The notes under the pieces: model-generated | What the model was told of the DNA's origin: nothing | The model's input: only the letters and a program-made list of their open reading frames with translations | Database searches by the model: none | In this document: one piece after another, positions 40,270 to 51,335 of the stretch | Numbering within the stretch: the stretch's first letter is position 1 | Layout: every line of letters starts with the position of its first letter | Origin: Planctomycetota bacterium | Lineage (GTDB): Bacteria > Pseudomonadota > Gammaproteobacteria > Eutrophobiales > Eutrophobiaceae | Reading direction: 5' to 3' | NCBI GenBank assembly: GCA_047638675.1 | Contig: JBLIML010000001.1 | Location: 13,822-77,821, forward strand | Length of the DNA: 64,000 nucleotides | Made by a program: the position numbers and the translations under genes

Positions 40270-41253
40270 TTGAACACGCCCAATATTAAAGTCCAACCCA
40301 TCGCTACAGAAGTGGTGCTGGAGCCGATGGACAATCACCGACTCGCCAATTTCTGTGGACCTTTGGATTCGCACCTGCGTCAATTAGAACGTCGTCTGGG
40401 AGTCGAGATAAACAACAGGGCCAACCGCTTTCGGGTTATTGGATCAGTAAAAACTGTCGAAATTACAACTCAATTAATTCAGGAAATTTACGCCGCTGGC
40501 AAAGATGAATTAATCACTGCGGAGTTAATACATCTACATCTTCGAGGTGCCAATATTGACGAAAAAATAGACAGTGACTTCTCTGAAGACATCTCTATTA
40601 AAACCAAACGTGGGATCGTTAAAGGAAGAACGCCTAATCAACGCCTTTATTTGCACAATATTCTAAATAACGACATTAGCTTTGGTATCGGACCTGCCGG
40701 TACGGGAAAAACCTACCTGGCCGTGGCCTGTGCAGTCGCGGCACTGGAACAGGACTCCGTCCGACGCATAGTGCTGGTGCGACCTGCAGTTGAAGCGGGA
40801 GAAAAACTGGGCTTTTTACCGGGCGACCTCGTACAAAAAGTCGATCCTTATCTGCGTCCGCTCTATGACGCTTTATTCGAAATGTTTGGCTTCGAAAAAG
40901 TAGCAAAGTATATTGAACGCAATGTGATTGAAGTGGCTCCCCTTGCCTTCATGCGTGGTCGTACGCTAAACGAATCGTTTGTTATCCTCGATGAGGCGCA
41001 AAATACCACAGTGGAACAGATGAAGATGTTCCTCACCCGTATTGGTTTTGGCTCGAAAGCCGTAATCACTGGTGACATCACCCAGGTCGACCTTCCACAG
41101 GAAAGAAAATCAGGACTGCGCCATATCATTGATATATTGAACAATGAACAGGATATCAGTTTCACTTTTTTTAAATCAAAGGATGTCGTCAGACACCCGC
41201 TGGTTGCCCGTATACTGAATGCATATGAGCGGCATGAGCCCTCTAATAATTAG
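40270..41253 (+). CDS. ybeZ: PhoH-family ATPase (YbeZ).
   Basis: 327 aa. P-loop GPAGTGKTYLA and a PhoH C-terminal domain. Position between miaB and ybeY. Confidence 0.9.
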   Translation: MNTPNIKVQPIATEVVLEPMDNHRLANFCGPLDSHLRQLERRLGVEINNRANRFRVIGSVKTVEITTQLIQEIYAAGKDELITAELIHLHLRGANIDEKIDSDFSEDISIKTKRGIVKGRTPNQRLYLHNILNNDISFGIGPAGTGKTYLAVACAVAALEQDSVRRIVLVRPAVEAGEKLGFLPGDLVQKVDPYLRPLYDALFEMFGFEKVAKYIERNVIEVAPLAFMRGRTLNESFVILDEAQNTTVEQMKMFLTRIGFGSKAVITGDITQVDLPQERKSGLRHIIDILNNEQDISFTFFKSKDVVRHPLVARILNAYERHEPSNN

Positions 41254-41268
41254 TCCTCTGATAATACT

Positions 41269-41718
41269 GTGATACACACTGTAGATGTCCAGTATGGAAT
41301 TGATGGACCCGATTTGCCAAAGCGCACACAGGTAACACTCTGGGCCAACGCCGCATTACAGAATATTGATACAGCGGTCGAACTAAGTATTCGTATAGTG
41401 GACGAGCTGGAAGGAACGCAGTTAAATGAGCAATGGAGCAAAAAAACCGGGCCAACCAACGTTTTGTCTTTCCCCTTCGAAGGGAATGAGGAAATGCAAC
41501 CGAAATTACTCGGTGATGTTGTACTCTGTGCGCCGGTAATTGCCAGAGAGGCCTTTGAGCAGGACAAGTCAGTAGATGCACATTGGGCACACATGATTAT
41601 TCATGGCACATTGCATTTATTAGGCTATGATCATATTGAGGGACAACAAATAGAGATTATGGAATCTCTTGAGATCAAAATCCTTAACAAGCTAAATTTT
41701 AACAACCCGTATACCTAA
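41269..41718 (+). CDS. ybeY: rRNA maturation endoribonuclease YbeY.
   Basis: 149 aa. Zinc motif HGTLHLLGYDH. Confidence 0.9.
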   Translation: MIHTVDVQYGIDGPDLPKRTQVTLWANAALQNIDTAVELSIRIVDELEGTQLNEQWSKKTGPTNVLSFPFEGNEEMQPKLLGDVVLCAPVIAREAFEQDKSVDAHWAHMIIHGTLHLLGYDHIEGQQIEIMESLEIKILNKLNFNNPYT

Positions 41719-41726
41719 ATACCTTT

Positions 41727-42584
41727 ATGAACAAAGATGACCCTGGCAGCGGCCCTCATTCCTTTGTAAGTTGGCTGAAAAATGCACTTACCAGGGAACC
41801 GCAGGATCTACAAGATCTCATCGAAATTCTACGTAACTCCGAAGCCAGAAACCTGCTTGATCCTGATGTACTTGCCATGGTGGAAGGAGCTCTGCACGTC
41901 TCCACTATGAAAGTGCGTGACATTATGGTGCCGAAGATACAAATGGTCGTCATCAATAATGAGACTCAGCCTGAAGATATCATTAAAACTGTACTGGAGT
42001 CAGGACACTCGCGTTTTCCTGTTATCGCAGGTGATGCCAACGATGTCATTGGTATTTTACTGGCGAAAGACCTGCTTTCCTGTTTCAAAAAAAATGACAC
42101 AGACAATGACTTTGATATAAAGGACATGATGCGACCGGCTATTTTTATTCCGGAAAGTAAACGCCTCAATGTCTTGCTTAGAGAATTCCGATCCTCTCGC
42201 AACCATATGGCTATCGTCGTAGATGAGTACGGCATTGCCGGGCTTGTGACTATTGAAGATGTCATCGAAGAGATAGTCGGGGAAATTGAGGATGAGCATG
42301 ACATAGACGAAGAAGAGAATATTAATCAACACGGCAAAAATCGCTATACTGTCAATGCGATCACGACTATAGATGATTTTAATAAATACTTCGACACTGA
42401 TTTGAGTGATGACGAATACGAAACTATAGGCGGTCTTGTCATTAATGCTTTTGGTCACCTGCCCAAACGCGGCGAAATGATAGATTTCGCAGGCTACAAC
42501 ATCAAAATCCTACGTTCCGATAAACGCCGAGTGCATTTGCTGCGTTTGATTAAAACAGAAGCCATCACGGAACAGGAAACCTGA
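41727..42584 (+). CDS. corC: CorC/HlyC-family Mg/Co efflux-associated protein (tandem CBS plus CorC_HlyC domain).
   Basis: 285 aa. Two CBS domains and a C-terminal transporter-associated domain. Conserved position after ybeY. Confidence 0.85.
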   Translation: MNKDDPGSGPHSFVSWLKNALTREPQDLQDLIEILRNSEARNLLDPDVLAMVEGALHVSTMKVRDIMVPKIQMVVINNETQPEDIIKTVLESGHSRFPVIAGDANDVIGILLAKDLLSCFKKNDTDNDFDIKDMMRPAIFIPESKRLNVLLREFRSSRNHMAIVVDEYGIAGLVTIEDVIEEIVGEIEDEHDIDEEENINQHGKNRYTVNAITTIDDFNKYFDTDLSDDEYETIGGLVINAFGHLPKRGEMIDFAGYNIKILRSDKRRVHLLRLIKTEAITEQET

Positions 42585-42685
42585 CAACATAAACAGATTG
42601 CAGACAAAGAGCGTGGATACTTAAGTCATAGCTTCCCACCAAGCGCATAATTATTAGTGTCTCATCTCAAACATAGGAGTCGCTT

Positions 42686-43345
42686 ATGTCTTATGTAGAC
42701 TGGATGATTAGAACGAAGCAAATCGGAGCTTGCAGTTGCGATTATGGCTGTCCGTGTGAATTTAACGCACCACCGACACGTCTTCCCTGCGAAGGCGTAA
42801 TGGCCATGGAAATTGCCGAGGGCTACTTTAGCGACATACGACTTGATGGTCTTCGTGTGGCTGGCGTATACAATTGGCCAGGCCCGGTACACGAAGGCAA
42901 GGGCACATGGTTAAGTATCATCGATAAAGCGGCATCTAAGGAACAGGCAGCGGCTCTTTTTAAAATTATGGGGGGTGAGGAACAGGCGCCCAATACTGGC
43001 TTCGCAATTTACGGATCAACTATCGAATATGAACCAGACCCGATTTATGCTGATATTGAATTTCAGTTTGACCTCGAAGGACGCAAAGGGCGTTTTGTCG
43101 TCGACAATGTGCTTGCCGCTGAAGTTGAACCCATTAAAAACCCGGTAACAGGACAATCGCATTTTATTTCAATTCGTCCCCATGATGGATTCGAATTTCG
43201 CGAAGCTGAAATGGCAAGTGCCACTTTCTGGAGTAAAGGTGCAGTGGAACAGCAACACGAGGGAAGATTCGCAGCTATAAGCTACGTCAGCTATGGGCCT
43301 CATGGAATCATTTCAGAGGAAAGTTATCCACATAGAAGTAGCTAA
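42686..43345 (+). CDS. Cys-rich DUF1326-like protein.
   Basis: N-terminal ...GACSCDYGCPCEF... cysteine cluster typical of DUF1326. 219 aa. Confidence 0.5.
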   Translation: MSYVDWMIRTKQIGACSCDYGCPCEFNAPPTRLPCEGVMAMEIAEGYFSDIRLDGLRVAGVYNWPGPVHEGKGTWLSIIDKAASKEQAAALFKIMGGEEQAPNTGFAIYGSTIEYEPDPIYADIEFQFDLEGRKGRFVVDNVLAAEVEPIKNPVTGQSHFISIRPHDGFEFREAEMASATFWSKGAVEQQHEGRFAAISYVSYGPHGIISEESYPHRSS

Positions 43346-44421
43346 ACTTGACTCTTTCTTACAGACCAGATGAAGCTGTCGTACCAAAAATGCATAATAG
43401 AAACCGTTAGAGCTACAGCAAAAATGCTCTCATAGTAAAACATATTTGTTTCCAGAAAATAGCCAGCACTTATTCCGATTAAAATGAATATCAAAAATGT
43501 GTTGATGACACCGCGCTTTTTCCCTTCCTGGCCAAAAGATTTTTGCATATTCTTTTTTTCGAAGTGCCATACAATGGCAAAGTATTGTATGGCATGGAAA
43601 AAATTCATTATGACAAAGGCTTGCCCGAAGCTATTAAAGCCCCATGCCGAAATTGAACAGATCGCAGTGCACGTTAGAAGAGCAATTTTTTGAAAAGATA
43701 TGGCATAACCTGCTTTATAGAATCTCCAATATGAATACAGATAGAAGATCAAAAATGGCAGGCCAATGAGAAATACGAACTCAGTTATGTTGCTCTTATA
43801 TTGAAAGACCAGATCTGGTATTTGAATCAGGAAAGACTGGTCATTGATTTGTTCATATCCGTTAAAAACCTTCATATGAGGCATCAACGCCCAACCTGCG
43901 AATATGGGGCCTACGTAAAGTGACAGGTTCAGGAAATAGTCTAGCCGCCTGCCGATATTCATATTAGCATTGCCTGCTTTTTTGTCATAAATTCTTCCCA
44001 GGCCAAAAGTTTGCAGACTTGAATGGTACACGTCCCACCAGCTTGCTAATATTAAAATCAATACACCAAAGAACAGAGAAGAATTAATGAGCGCTGCTAA
44101 AACAATGGGAACAAGCGTAAATCGATAAGGATATAATTTAAATATTTTTCTATTCCCGTGGCTTCTGAAAAATACTATAAATAAATGTGCGTAAATTAAT
44201 CCTCCTATAATGACTCCACTTAAAGGTCGTACTTTATCCTTCATCCCGGCTTTGATGGTGCCGTCAAGGAATTCCAGATTGAATATATATGAAATGATCA
44301 GTAGACCGATGAGGGGTGTTGCTATAAAGAATACGATGTCATAAGCAGGACTAACTATAAATCCCTTATTGTCATAAGACATTATGGCTTTTTTATAAAC
44401 ATCAGAAGTTGTTTCAAACAT
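43342..44421 (-). CDS. Hypothetical polytopic membrane protein (359 aa, about 10 TM).
   Basis: Long hydrophobic ORF rich in F/Y/I/K (AT-rich codons). It is inserted between corC and lnt. Confidence 0.5.
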   Translation of the reverse strand: MFETTSDVYKKAIMSYDNKGFIVSPAYDIVFFIATPLIGLLIISYIFNLEFLDGTIKAGMKDKVRPLSGVIIGGLIYAHLFIVFFRSHGNRKIFKLYPYRFTLVPIVLAALINSSLFFGVLILILASWWDVYHSSLQTFGLGRIYDKKAGNANMNIGRRLDYFLNLSLYVGPIFAGWALMPHMKVFNGYEQINDQSFLIQIPDLVFQYKSNITEFVFLIGLPFLIFYLYSYWRFYKAGYAISFQKIALLTCTAICSISAWGFNSFGQAFVIMNFFHAIQYFAIVWHFEKKNMQKSFGQEGKKRGVINTFLIFILIGISAGYFLETNMFYYESIFAVALTVSIMHFWYDSFIWSVRKSQV

Positions 44422-44583
44422 ACAAAACTATATCCTTTATTGGACTACACGATATTGTAATAGTGCTAGATATACAACGTTTATGGCATAAAGATAGAAA
44501 TCCAGTTAACCTAATTTTACTAACTCCGGTGTTTTTCTCCGGACTCTATTGACCAGGCTGATAAGAACAGAAGGAAATTAACA

Positions 44584-45051
44584 ATGAGCAGATTGAGGCT
44601 ATTAGTTGCTATTACATTACTGAGCGGAGGATATTTCACGCATGCAGAAGAAAACTCAACAAAACAACCCATGAACGTAAGCTACACTCGAATAGTTGTA
44701 GACGAAGAGGGTAAATCCCACTTTTCTTCTGGGGAAATTCCTATGGCCTTAGGTAGTTACGCGCAGCCTGAACCGAAGCTTCGTTTATCAAAAACCTATC
44801 CGGCAACTTCCGCTACATTTTTTTCGGCCCCTCCCGGTTATTTTGGTGATTGGCATACTGCCATTCGTAAACAATTCTTGTTTCATCTCTCCGGTGTTTC
44901 GGAAATCGTCGTTAGCGATGGCGAGACACGGCAATTCGGTCCGGGCGATATACTATTAGTGGAGGATACCACTGGCCAGGGTCATACCGCTCGCGTTGTG
45001 GGCGACGAAGATATTGTAATCGTTGCCGTGCCTGCAGCTTTGGATGAATAA
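44584..45051 (+). CDS. Secreted small protein, cupin-like beta-barrel.
   Basis: 155 aa. N-terminal signal peptide and a C-terminal cupin-like GDWH...GPGDILLVED region. Confidence 0.45.
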   Translation: MSRLRLLVAITLLSGGYFTHAEENSTKQPMNVSYTRIVVDEEGKSHFSSGEIPMALGSYAQPEPKLRLSKTYPATSATFFSAPPGYFGDWHTAIRKQFLFHLSGVSEIVVSDGETRQFGPGDILLVEDTTGQGHTARVVGDEDIVIVAVPAALDE

Positions 45052-45224
45052 ATATTTTCCTGGTAAGAAAGATATGCCATTGGCAATTAACATGGTGGAG
45101 GTTACCGCGATTCTTCTTCAAAATGTAATTGCCAAAACGATATTGACTGTTCGTCAGTACTCGTAAACGAATGCGCGTATTCCTGTTCACTTCCCCAATT
45201 TAAATCAGGTATATTGCGCTTTAT

Positions 45225-46715
45225 ATGTTCAGAAAATTACCACTCAGTCTACTGTGTTTGATTGCAGGCGCATTTATGCCGCTGGCTTTTGCTCCGAGCA
45301 AGCTATTTTTTGTTGCCATTATTGGCGTTGCATTACTTTTACTTAGCTGGGTAAATAGTTCTCCTCAAAGCGCGTTTCGCCAGGGATATATGTTTGGTCT
45401 CGGTATGTTTGGTGTAGGCGTCTACTGGCTGCATATCAGTGTCAATATGTTTGGTGGTGTCAACTTCATAGGTTCGATTCTGGTAACCGCCTTACTGGTA
45501 GCCTATTTGTCCCTCTATCCGGCGCTTGTTGGCTATATTGGTAGACGCTGGTTTAGCCAAAACGATGCCATTTATTTGTTGATCGCTGTACCTGCCTTAT
45601 GGGTTCTTGCAGAATGGACAAGGGCCTGGTTTCTTACCGGCTTCCCCTGGTTGAATATCGGTTACAGCCAGACCGATTCTTTCTTGTCAGCGCTGGCACC
45701 TGTGTTTGGTGTTTATGGCGTTTCCTGGTTTGTTATTCTCATTGCGGCTTTGTTGGTATGTCTTAATCGCTACAAACGCGAGCGGGCGCTAACCGTGCTC
45801 ACCACGATTGCATTGCTTTCCCTAAGCAGCTGGTCGCTAACAAAGATAGAGTGGACGAATGCCAGTAAAGAGAATGTCTCAGTTGCCGTGGTGCAGGGAG
45901 GTATACCTCAAGAGCTGAAATGGCGTCCTGAATTGCGCGAGCAATCGCTTGAACTTTATATGTCCTTGTCAGCGCCTTATTGGGGGAATGATCTGATCAT
46001 TTGGCCAGAAACGGCGATAACAGCTTATAGCTATATGCTTCCTGACTTCATCAACAAACTAACTAAACTAACAACTAAACATCAGACGACTTTTCTCAGC
46101 GGGATTCCCAGTAAACAGATCGAGGCCGGAGACTATTATAATAGTGTAATGATGTTGTCTGAGGGAAAAGTTGACTGGTATCACAAACAACACCTCGTGC
46201 CCTTTGGTGAATACTTGCCGTTAAAACCCTTGCTGGGAGTAGTCCTCGATTTTCTGCAGATTCCGATGTCAGACTTCAGCCCCGGGCAACAGGCTTTACC
46301 TTTGCTAATAACAACACATTTGTCTCTTGGAATGTCTATTTGTTATGAAGACACTTTCGGTGAAGAAGTAATCAAGGCGCTACCCGAGGCAAATGTGTTA
46401 GTAAATGTTAGTAATGACGCCTGGTTTGGCGATTCCCTCGCGCCACATCAACATCTACAAATGGCGCGTATGCGTGCACTGGAAAGTGGCCGCTACATGA
46501 TACGGGCAACCAACACCGGGGTCAGCGCCATTATTAATGAGAAGGGCGAGATCGTAAAACAATCGCCACAATTTATAGCAACTGCATTAACAGCACAGAT
46601 CAGCCTGTTTGAAGGCAGCACACCCTATGCCCTATGGGGTAATATTCCAGTAGTCTTAACGGCCTTGATATTGATGATTTTTTTGTGGCTCTCTCAAAAA
46701 CGTTTCGCTAATTGA
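45225..46715 (+). CDS. lnt: Apolipoprotein N-acyltransferase.
   Basis: 496 aa. N-terminal multi-TM region plus a CN-hydrolase domain (E...K...C triad, CYEDTF). Confidence 0.9.
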   Translation: MFRKLPLSLLCLIAGAFMPLAFAPSKLFFVAIIGVALLLLSWVNSSPQSAFRQGYMFGLGMFGVGVYWLHISVNMFGGVNFIGSILVTALLVAYLSLYPALVGYIGRRWFSQNDAIYLLIAVPALWVLAEWTRAWFLTGFPWLNIGYSQTDSFLSALAPVFGVYGVSWFVILIAALLVCLNRYKRERALTVLTTIALLSLSSWSLTKIEWTNASKENVSVAVVQGGIPQELKWRPELREQSLELYMSLSAPYWGNDLIIWPETAITAYSYMLPDFINKLTKLTTKHQTTFLSGIPSKQIEAGDYYNSVMMLSEGKVDWYHKQHLVPFGEYLPLKPLLGVVLDFLQIPMSDFSPGQQALPLLITTHLSLGMSICYEDTFGEEVIKALPEANVLVNVSNDAWFGDSLAPHQHLQMARMRALESGRYMIRATNTGVSAIINEKGEIVKQSPQFIATALTAQISLFEGSTPYALWGNIPVVLTALILMIFLWLSQKRFAN

Positions 46716-46719
46716 ATCC

Positions 46720-49152
46720 TTAGCTGCTTCTTACGTCGTTTGCATCTTCAAGACGTGTTTTCAGTTCAGGGTCCTCATCTGCTAATGCCAGCACATCGCG
46801 GCGACTCAACCTGAGTAATGTTGTGGGTGCCAATGCCTCCACTGTAGCTGTCCTTACCTGATCGCCCAGCAAAGCCATTTCACCAAAGAAATCGCCATCT
46901 CTCAGTTCAGCTATCACGCTCGTTTCATCGGTCTCCCTGTAGACCTTCACCCGACCGTGACTAATAATGTATAAAGCATCACCTCTGTCTCCTTCACCAA
47001 TAATAATATCTTTACTAATAAAAGTGACAGCCTTCGCTTTGTCGGCAAGATGTTGCAATGTATCTTCTGAAAGACCATTCAGTAAGGGCACTGTCCCGAT
47101 TAAATCTCCAGGTGTTAACTTTGGCGCGGGATTGGAAATCGCAGGCAAAGCGCTGATAGTGCTGTCTATTCGTTGTTCAATATTAGTCAGGGTTTTTGCC
47201 CCAATTTCTCCATGTTGACATGCGGCCTCGGTATAGTGTCTGGCGACAAGCATAGTCACCTTTGCAAACAATCTTGTTTCATAACGCAGGTAAAATTCAG
47301 GGAACTCCGTTGCCACGTGTTTTAATCGTTCACGCCGACGTTCGAGCCGCTGCTGATATACAAGGACAACCTGCTGCTTTTGTTGCTCATCATGCTCGTC
47401 TTCCTTCTGCAACATCTCCAGCACCGCTGTAGCAATCATAACGCCTACCATGTCACGTTGCAGGCTTTGCGAGAAACGAAGATATTGATAACGTGCCAAT
47501 ATGCTCGCGGCCCAATTGTGCTCACGCAATCTTTTTATCAAAGTCGACTCCATCTGTTTGAACAAATTTATTTTTACCCTGCTCTGTATTTCTGGTTGTT
47601 GCGACTGATAACCCAGGCGGAATTCACGATCACGTTGAAGAGTATTTTTTAAATCCAGGTAAATATATTGTTGTATCAAACCGATATCATAGAGATGTTT
47701 GAGTTCTTCCAGTTCGGTTCTCAAGGCCATGACATATAGATGCCGAACCTCCTGCTGAGGATCAGTTTCTTTTTCTTCCGTGGCAAAAACCTGTTTGGAC
47801 TTTCTTTGTATCAGCTGTTGAGTGCTACGAGATATGAGCTGCGCTTTATAAAGACGCTGCAAAATATTATCAGCCTGCTTTTCCGCATTGAGCAATCCGT
47901 GCTTTAATTCCGCCTTCTCATCTTCAGTCAGCCTATCAATACCGAGCCAATGCATTAGTGGTCTGATGGTAGGTGCGTTAACTAATAACGAAAACAAGAC
48001 AACCCCTAGCGTCATATCCAGCAGGAGATCGCGCGCTGCAATTTCTGCTGGAATGGAAAGCACGATAGCAATCGCCAGACCGCCTTTCAAACCTCCCCAC
48101 CACATGATGTGTCGTTCGCCAAGAGCGACATAAGGTAGTTTGAATAGCCTGGTGGTGGCTGGCACCATGCTGTAAATGGTGGCCGCTCGAGCAATTAGCA
48201 TCAGCAGTATTGCCACAAAAATCGCCTCTCTGCGTTCGAACAAGACTGAAATATTTACCGACAGCCCCACAAGCAAAAAGAGCAATGAATTACATACCAA
48301 AGCGATAACTTCCCATGTCTCCATCACCATGTTCATTGCAGATTGCTGCACGCGGCTAACACCAAAAATACTTAGACATATGGCTGCTGCCAATACCGCC
48401 ATTACCCCGGAGACGTGCAAGACATGCTCAGCCACCGCAAAACTGGCATAAGCAAGGACAATGGACATGACCAGATAGGAATTCAATCCCGCCTTCAATC
48501 GATAGAGCATTTCGCTGAGCACAATACCGATAACAGAGCCAACCACCGCGCCACCTATAAACACCTTCAAAAAACTGGACGTCGCAAGGCCAATATCAGA
48601 CCAGACAAAACTGCCTGTTATTACCAGACCCAGAATAATATTAAACACAACTATTGCGGTTGCATCGTTTAAAAGCGATTCACCCTCCACCAGCACGGTT
48701 AATCGTTGCGGTGCACCCAGTTCTTTAAACAAGGCAACAACAGCGACGGGATCCGTCGCAGAAATAAGCGCACCAAACAACAGGGCAATAAAGATATCCA
48801 TGTCAATTAGCCACCAGAGCCCGAGGCCAATGATGGCCGTCGATATCAATAAGGCTGGTATCGCCAATGTCAAAACCGGAGCTAGATCTTTTATCAGTTG
48901 TCTGGCATCAAGGTTAAAGGCAGATTCAAATATAAGGGCGGGAAGAAAAAGGAATAAAACCAGTTCGGGCGTCAACTGAAACGCCTGCAGCTGAGCCAGT
49001 TGTGGCCAGTTTCTGGCCATGCTACCGAGCAAAACACCAAGAATGACCAGAAAAACGGTGTAGGGAATGGGAAGATTCTTGCAAATAGCTGCCGCGATCA
49101 TGGCGACTGTCAATAGCCCCATTATGATCAAAATGATTTCAGATAGTGGCAT
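46720..49152 (-). CDS. CPA1 (NhaP-type) Na+/H+ exchanger fused to a C-terminal cyclic-nucleotide-binding domain.
   Basis: 810 aa. The N-terminal ~400 aa are an NhaP-type cation/proton antiporter. A long helical linker follows. The C-terminus is a cNMP-binding fold (GDFFGEMALLG...RTATVEA). Confidence 0.8.
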   Translation of the reverse strand: MPLSEIILIIMGLLTVAMIAAAICKNLPIPYTVFLVILGVLLGSMARNWPQLAQLQAFQLTPELVLFLFLPALIFESAFNLDARQLIKDLAPVLTLAIPALLISTAIIGLGLWWLIDMDIFIALLFGALISATDPVAVVALFKELGAPQRLTVLVEGESLLNDATAIVVFNIILGLVITGSFVWSDIGLATSSFLKVFIGGAVVGSVIGIVLSEMLYRLKAGLNSYLVMSIVLAYASFAVAEHVLHVSGVMAVLAAAICLSIFGVSRVQQSAMNMVMETWEVIALVCNSLLFLLVGLSVNISVLFERREAIFVAILLMLIARAATIYSMVPATTRLFKLPYVALGERHIMWWGGLKGGLAIAIVLSIPAEIAARDLLLDMTLGVVLFSLLVNAPTIRPLMHWLGIDRLTEDEKAELKHGLLNAEKQADNILQRLYKAQLISRSTQQLIQRKSKQVFATEEKETDPQQEVRHLYVMALRTELEELKHLYDIGLIQQYIYLDLKNTLQRDREFRLGYQSQQPEIQSRVKINLFKQMESTLIKRLREHNWAASILARYQYLRFSQSLQRDMVGVMIATAVLEMLQKEDEHDEQQKQQVVLVYQQRLERRRERLKHVATEFPEFYLRYETRLFAKVTMLVARHYTEAACQHGEIGAKTLTNIEQRIDSTISALPAISNPAPKLTPGDLIGTVPLLNGLSEDTLQHLADKAKAVTFISKDIIIGEGDRGDALYIISHGRVKVYRETDETSVIAELRDGDFFGEMALLGDQVRTATVEALAPTTLLRLSRRDVLALADEDPELKTRLEDANDVRSS

Positions 49153-49213
49153 CAGATCCGCATATCAATATTGTGTTTATTCTCTTAAGTGTAGACCAGC
49201 AGTGCCTTTTCTT

Positions 49214-50122
49214 CTAAGTCTGTTTCCTGTTACTCATCCAGCTTAAAGCAATCACAACGACCAGCCCGACAACAAGAAGCGCAATCGATACAACAACCGT
49301 AGAGGATATTTCCGATGGAAGAACAGGCCTTGAGGCTATCAGTCGTGGTTTCTCTCTAACAATCTCATAGATGCGATCCTGAAACGGCCAAATCACATAG
49401 AGTGATGCGATCAAAAGACCGCTAATAAATAATATTGTGCGACGATAATATTTGCTTAACAAATATGAGAGAACACGACTAAATAGCAATAAGCCAGTGA
49501 TCGCGCCCAAACCAAAAGGGATCAAGACTGAAAAATTGAAGTAGCCAATAGCATTAAATATATACGCATACTTGTTGAGTACTAGTAAGATGAATGAGCC
49601 GGAAATTCCTGGCAATATCATCGCGCAAATCGCCAGGGCCCCGGATAGAAAAACGAACCAGGCTGTTTCCGGTGTTTCAGTTGGCACCAGGTTGAAGACT
49701 AGTAAACCCAGAACAAGACCCGGCACTATCATTAGGTAATCTTTTGTTTGTAGTTCCTTCATCTCAGTAATCAACAGTATAATTGAGCCAACAATCAGAC
49801 CGAAAAAAAGACCGTAAATTTGCTCGGGATAGCTGCGTAACAAATCTGGTAAATGAACAATCCTAGTAAAAAACAATAGTGCGCCCAGCACGCCAAGACC
49901 CAATGGAATAAGGAAACCAAAATGAGGTCGGGAAAGCGCTGACTTTACATCCAGCCGTAATAGAGCAAGCAAGCTCTCCTTGTCAAAAGACCTTATTGCC
50001 GCAATTAGCTCTGCGTAAATACCCAAAATAAACGCCATAGTACCACCACTGACACCAGGAACTACATCGGCCGCGCCCATGCAAAAACCTTTGGCTACAA
50101 GTACTGCTTTCTTTTTCATCAT
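49214..50122 (-). CDS. DUF368 family membrane protein.
   Basis: 302 aa. Hallmark PGVSGGTMAFILGIY motif, repeated as PGISGSF in the second half. Confidence 0.75.
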   Translation of the reverse strand: MMKKKAVLVAKGFCMGAADVVPGVSGGTMAFILGIYAELIAAIRSFDKESLLALLRLDVKSALSRPHFGFLIPLGLGVLGALLFFTRIVHLPDLLRSYPEQIYGLFFGLIVGSIILLITEMKELQTKDYLMIVPGLVLGLLVFNLVPTETPETAWFVFLSGALAICAMILPGISGSFILLVLNKYAYIFNAIGYFNFSVLIPFGLGAITGLLLFSRVLSYLLSKYYRRTILFISGLLIASLYVIWPFQDRIYEIVREKPRLIASRPVLPSEISSTVVVSIALLVVGLVVVIALSWMSNRKQT

Positions 50123-50147
50123 TGTATCGATACAAGCATCAGCATCA

Positions 50148-51212
50148 CTAATGATAGGCTACGCTTTGTTCGTGCACAGCATCCACAAGCACGGCGACAT
50201 TATCAGGATTTATCCCGGGATGGATACCATGACCAAGGTTAAAGACATGACCACTACCCGGACCGTAGGAATGCAATACCTTTGCTACCTCTCGACGAAT
50301 CGCTTCGGGATTTGAATACAATACCGCCGTATCCAGGTTGCCTTGAATTGCAACTCGGTCGCCTACCTGACGACGGGCGGCGCCAATATCCATGGTCCAG
50401 TCCAGACCGATAGCATCACTCCCTGCCCCGGCAATTTTGTCGAGCCAAAGACCTCCACCCTTGGTGAATAATATACAAGGCACTTTATTTCCATTCGCAT
50501 CGTTATCCAGGCTCTCAATTATCTGTCGCATATAGTCGAGAGAGAAAGCCTCATAACTTGCCTCAGAGAGTGCGCCACCCCATGAATCGAAAATCATCAC
50601 CACCTGCACGCCCGCAGCAATTTGCGCATTCAAATATTCAGTGATTGATCTTGCCAGAATCGCAAGCAAACTGTGCATACTCCCCGGGTCTTCATAAAGC
50701 ATGCCTTTAGCAAGACTGAACTCCTTGCTGGATTCGCCTTCCACCATGTAGGTAGCGATAGTCCAGGGGCTCCCCGCAAAACCAATCAAAGGCACCGCTC
50801 CATCGAGCTCCTTACGAATAAGGCGTACCGCATCCATGACATAGCGCAAGTCGGTCTCAGGGTCAGGCACGCCAAGCTTTGCTATCTCCGATTTACTACG
50901 CACCGGCCGGGCAAAGCGCGGACCTTGATTCTCAATGATGCTCAGGCCAAGGCCCATGGCATCGGGGATGGTGAGAATATCGGAAAACAGGATCGCTGCA
51001 TCAAGAGGAAAGCGTGCCAGAGGTTGTAAGGTCACTTCACAGGCAAGCTCCGGCGTTTTACACAAGGTAATAAAGTCACCGGCTTTCTCGCGTGTTGCTC
51101 GATATTCAGGCAGGTAACGGCCAGCTTGCCGCATGATCCAGACAGGCGTTTTGTCGACTGGTTGACGCCGCAGTGCACGAATCAAGCGGTCATTTTTTAA
51201 TTCAGAATTCAT
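50148..51212 (-). CDS. hemE: Uroporphyrinogen decarboxylase.
   Basis: 354 aa. [15 protein letters not shown] signature. Confidence 0.9.
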   Translation of the reverse strand: MNSELKNDRLIRALRRQPVDKTPVWIMRQAGRYLPEYRATREKAGDFITLCKTPELACEVTLQPLARFPLDAAILFSDILTIPDAMGLGLSIIENQGPRFARPVRSKSEIAKLGVPDPETDLRYVMDAVRLIRKELDGAVPLIGFAGSPWTIATYMVEGESSKEFSLAKGMLYEDPGSMHSLLAILARSITEYLNAQIAAGVQVVMIFDSWGGALSEASYEAFSLDYMRQIIESLDNDANGNKVPCILFTKGGGLWLDKIAGAGSDAIGLDWTMDIGAARRQVGDRVAIQGNLDTAVLYSNPEAIRREVAKVLHSYGPGSGHVFNLGHGIHPGINPDNVAVLVDAVHEQSVAYH

Positions 51213-51335
51213 AAAGATAAGGAGTTGATTTAATTGAGGAAATTATACCTTATATCCCACTTTTATTCACCCATCATCTTGAGAAGTCATTGCTTCTACG
51301 CCGAATAAACAGAAAAACCAAAAGGTGGTGCAAAT

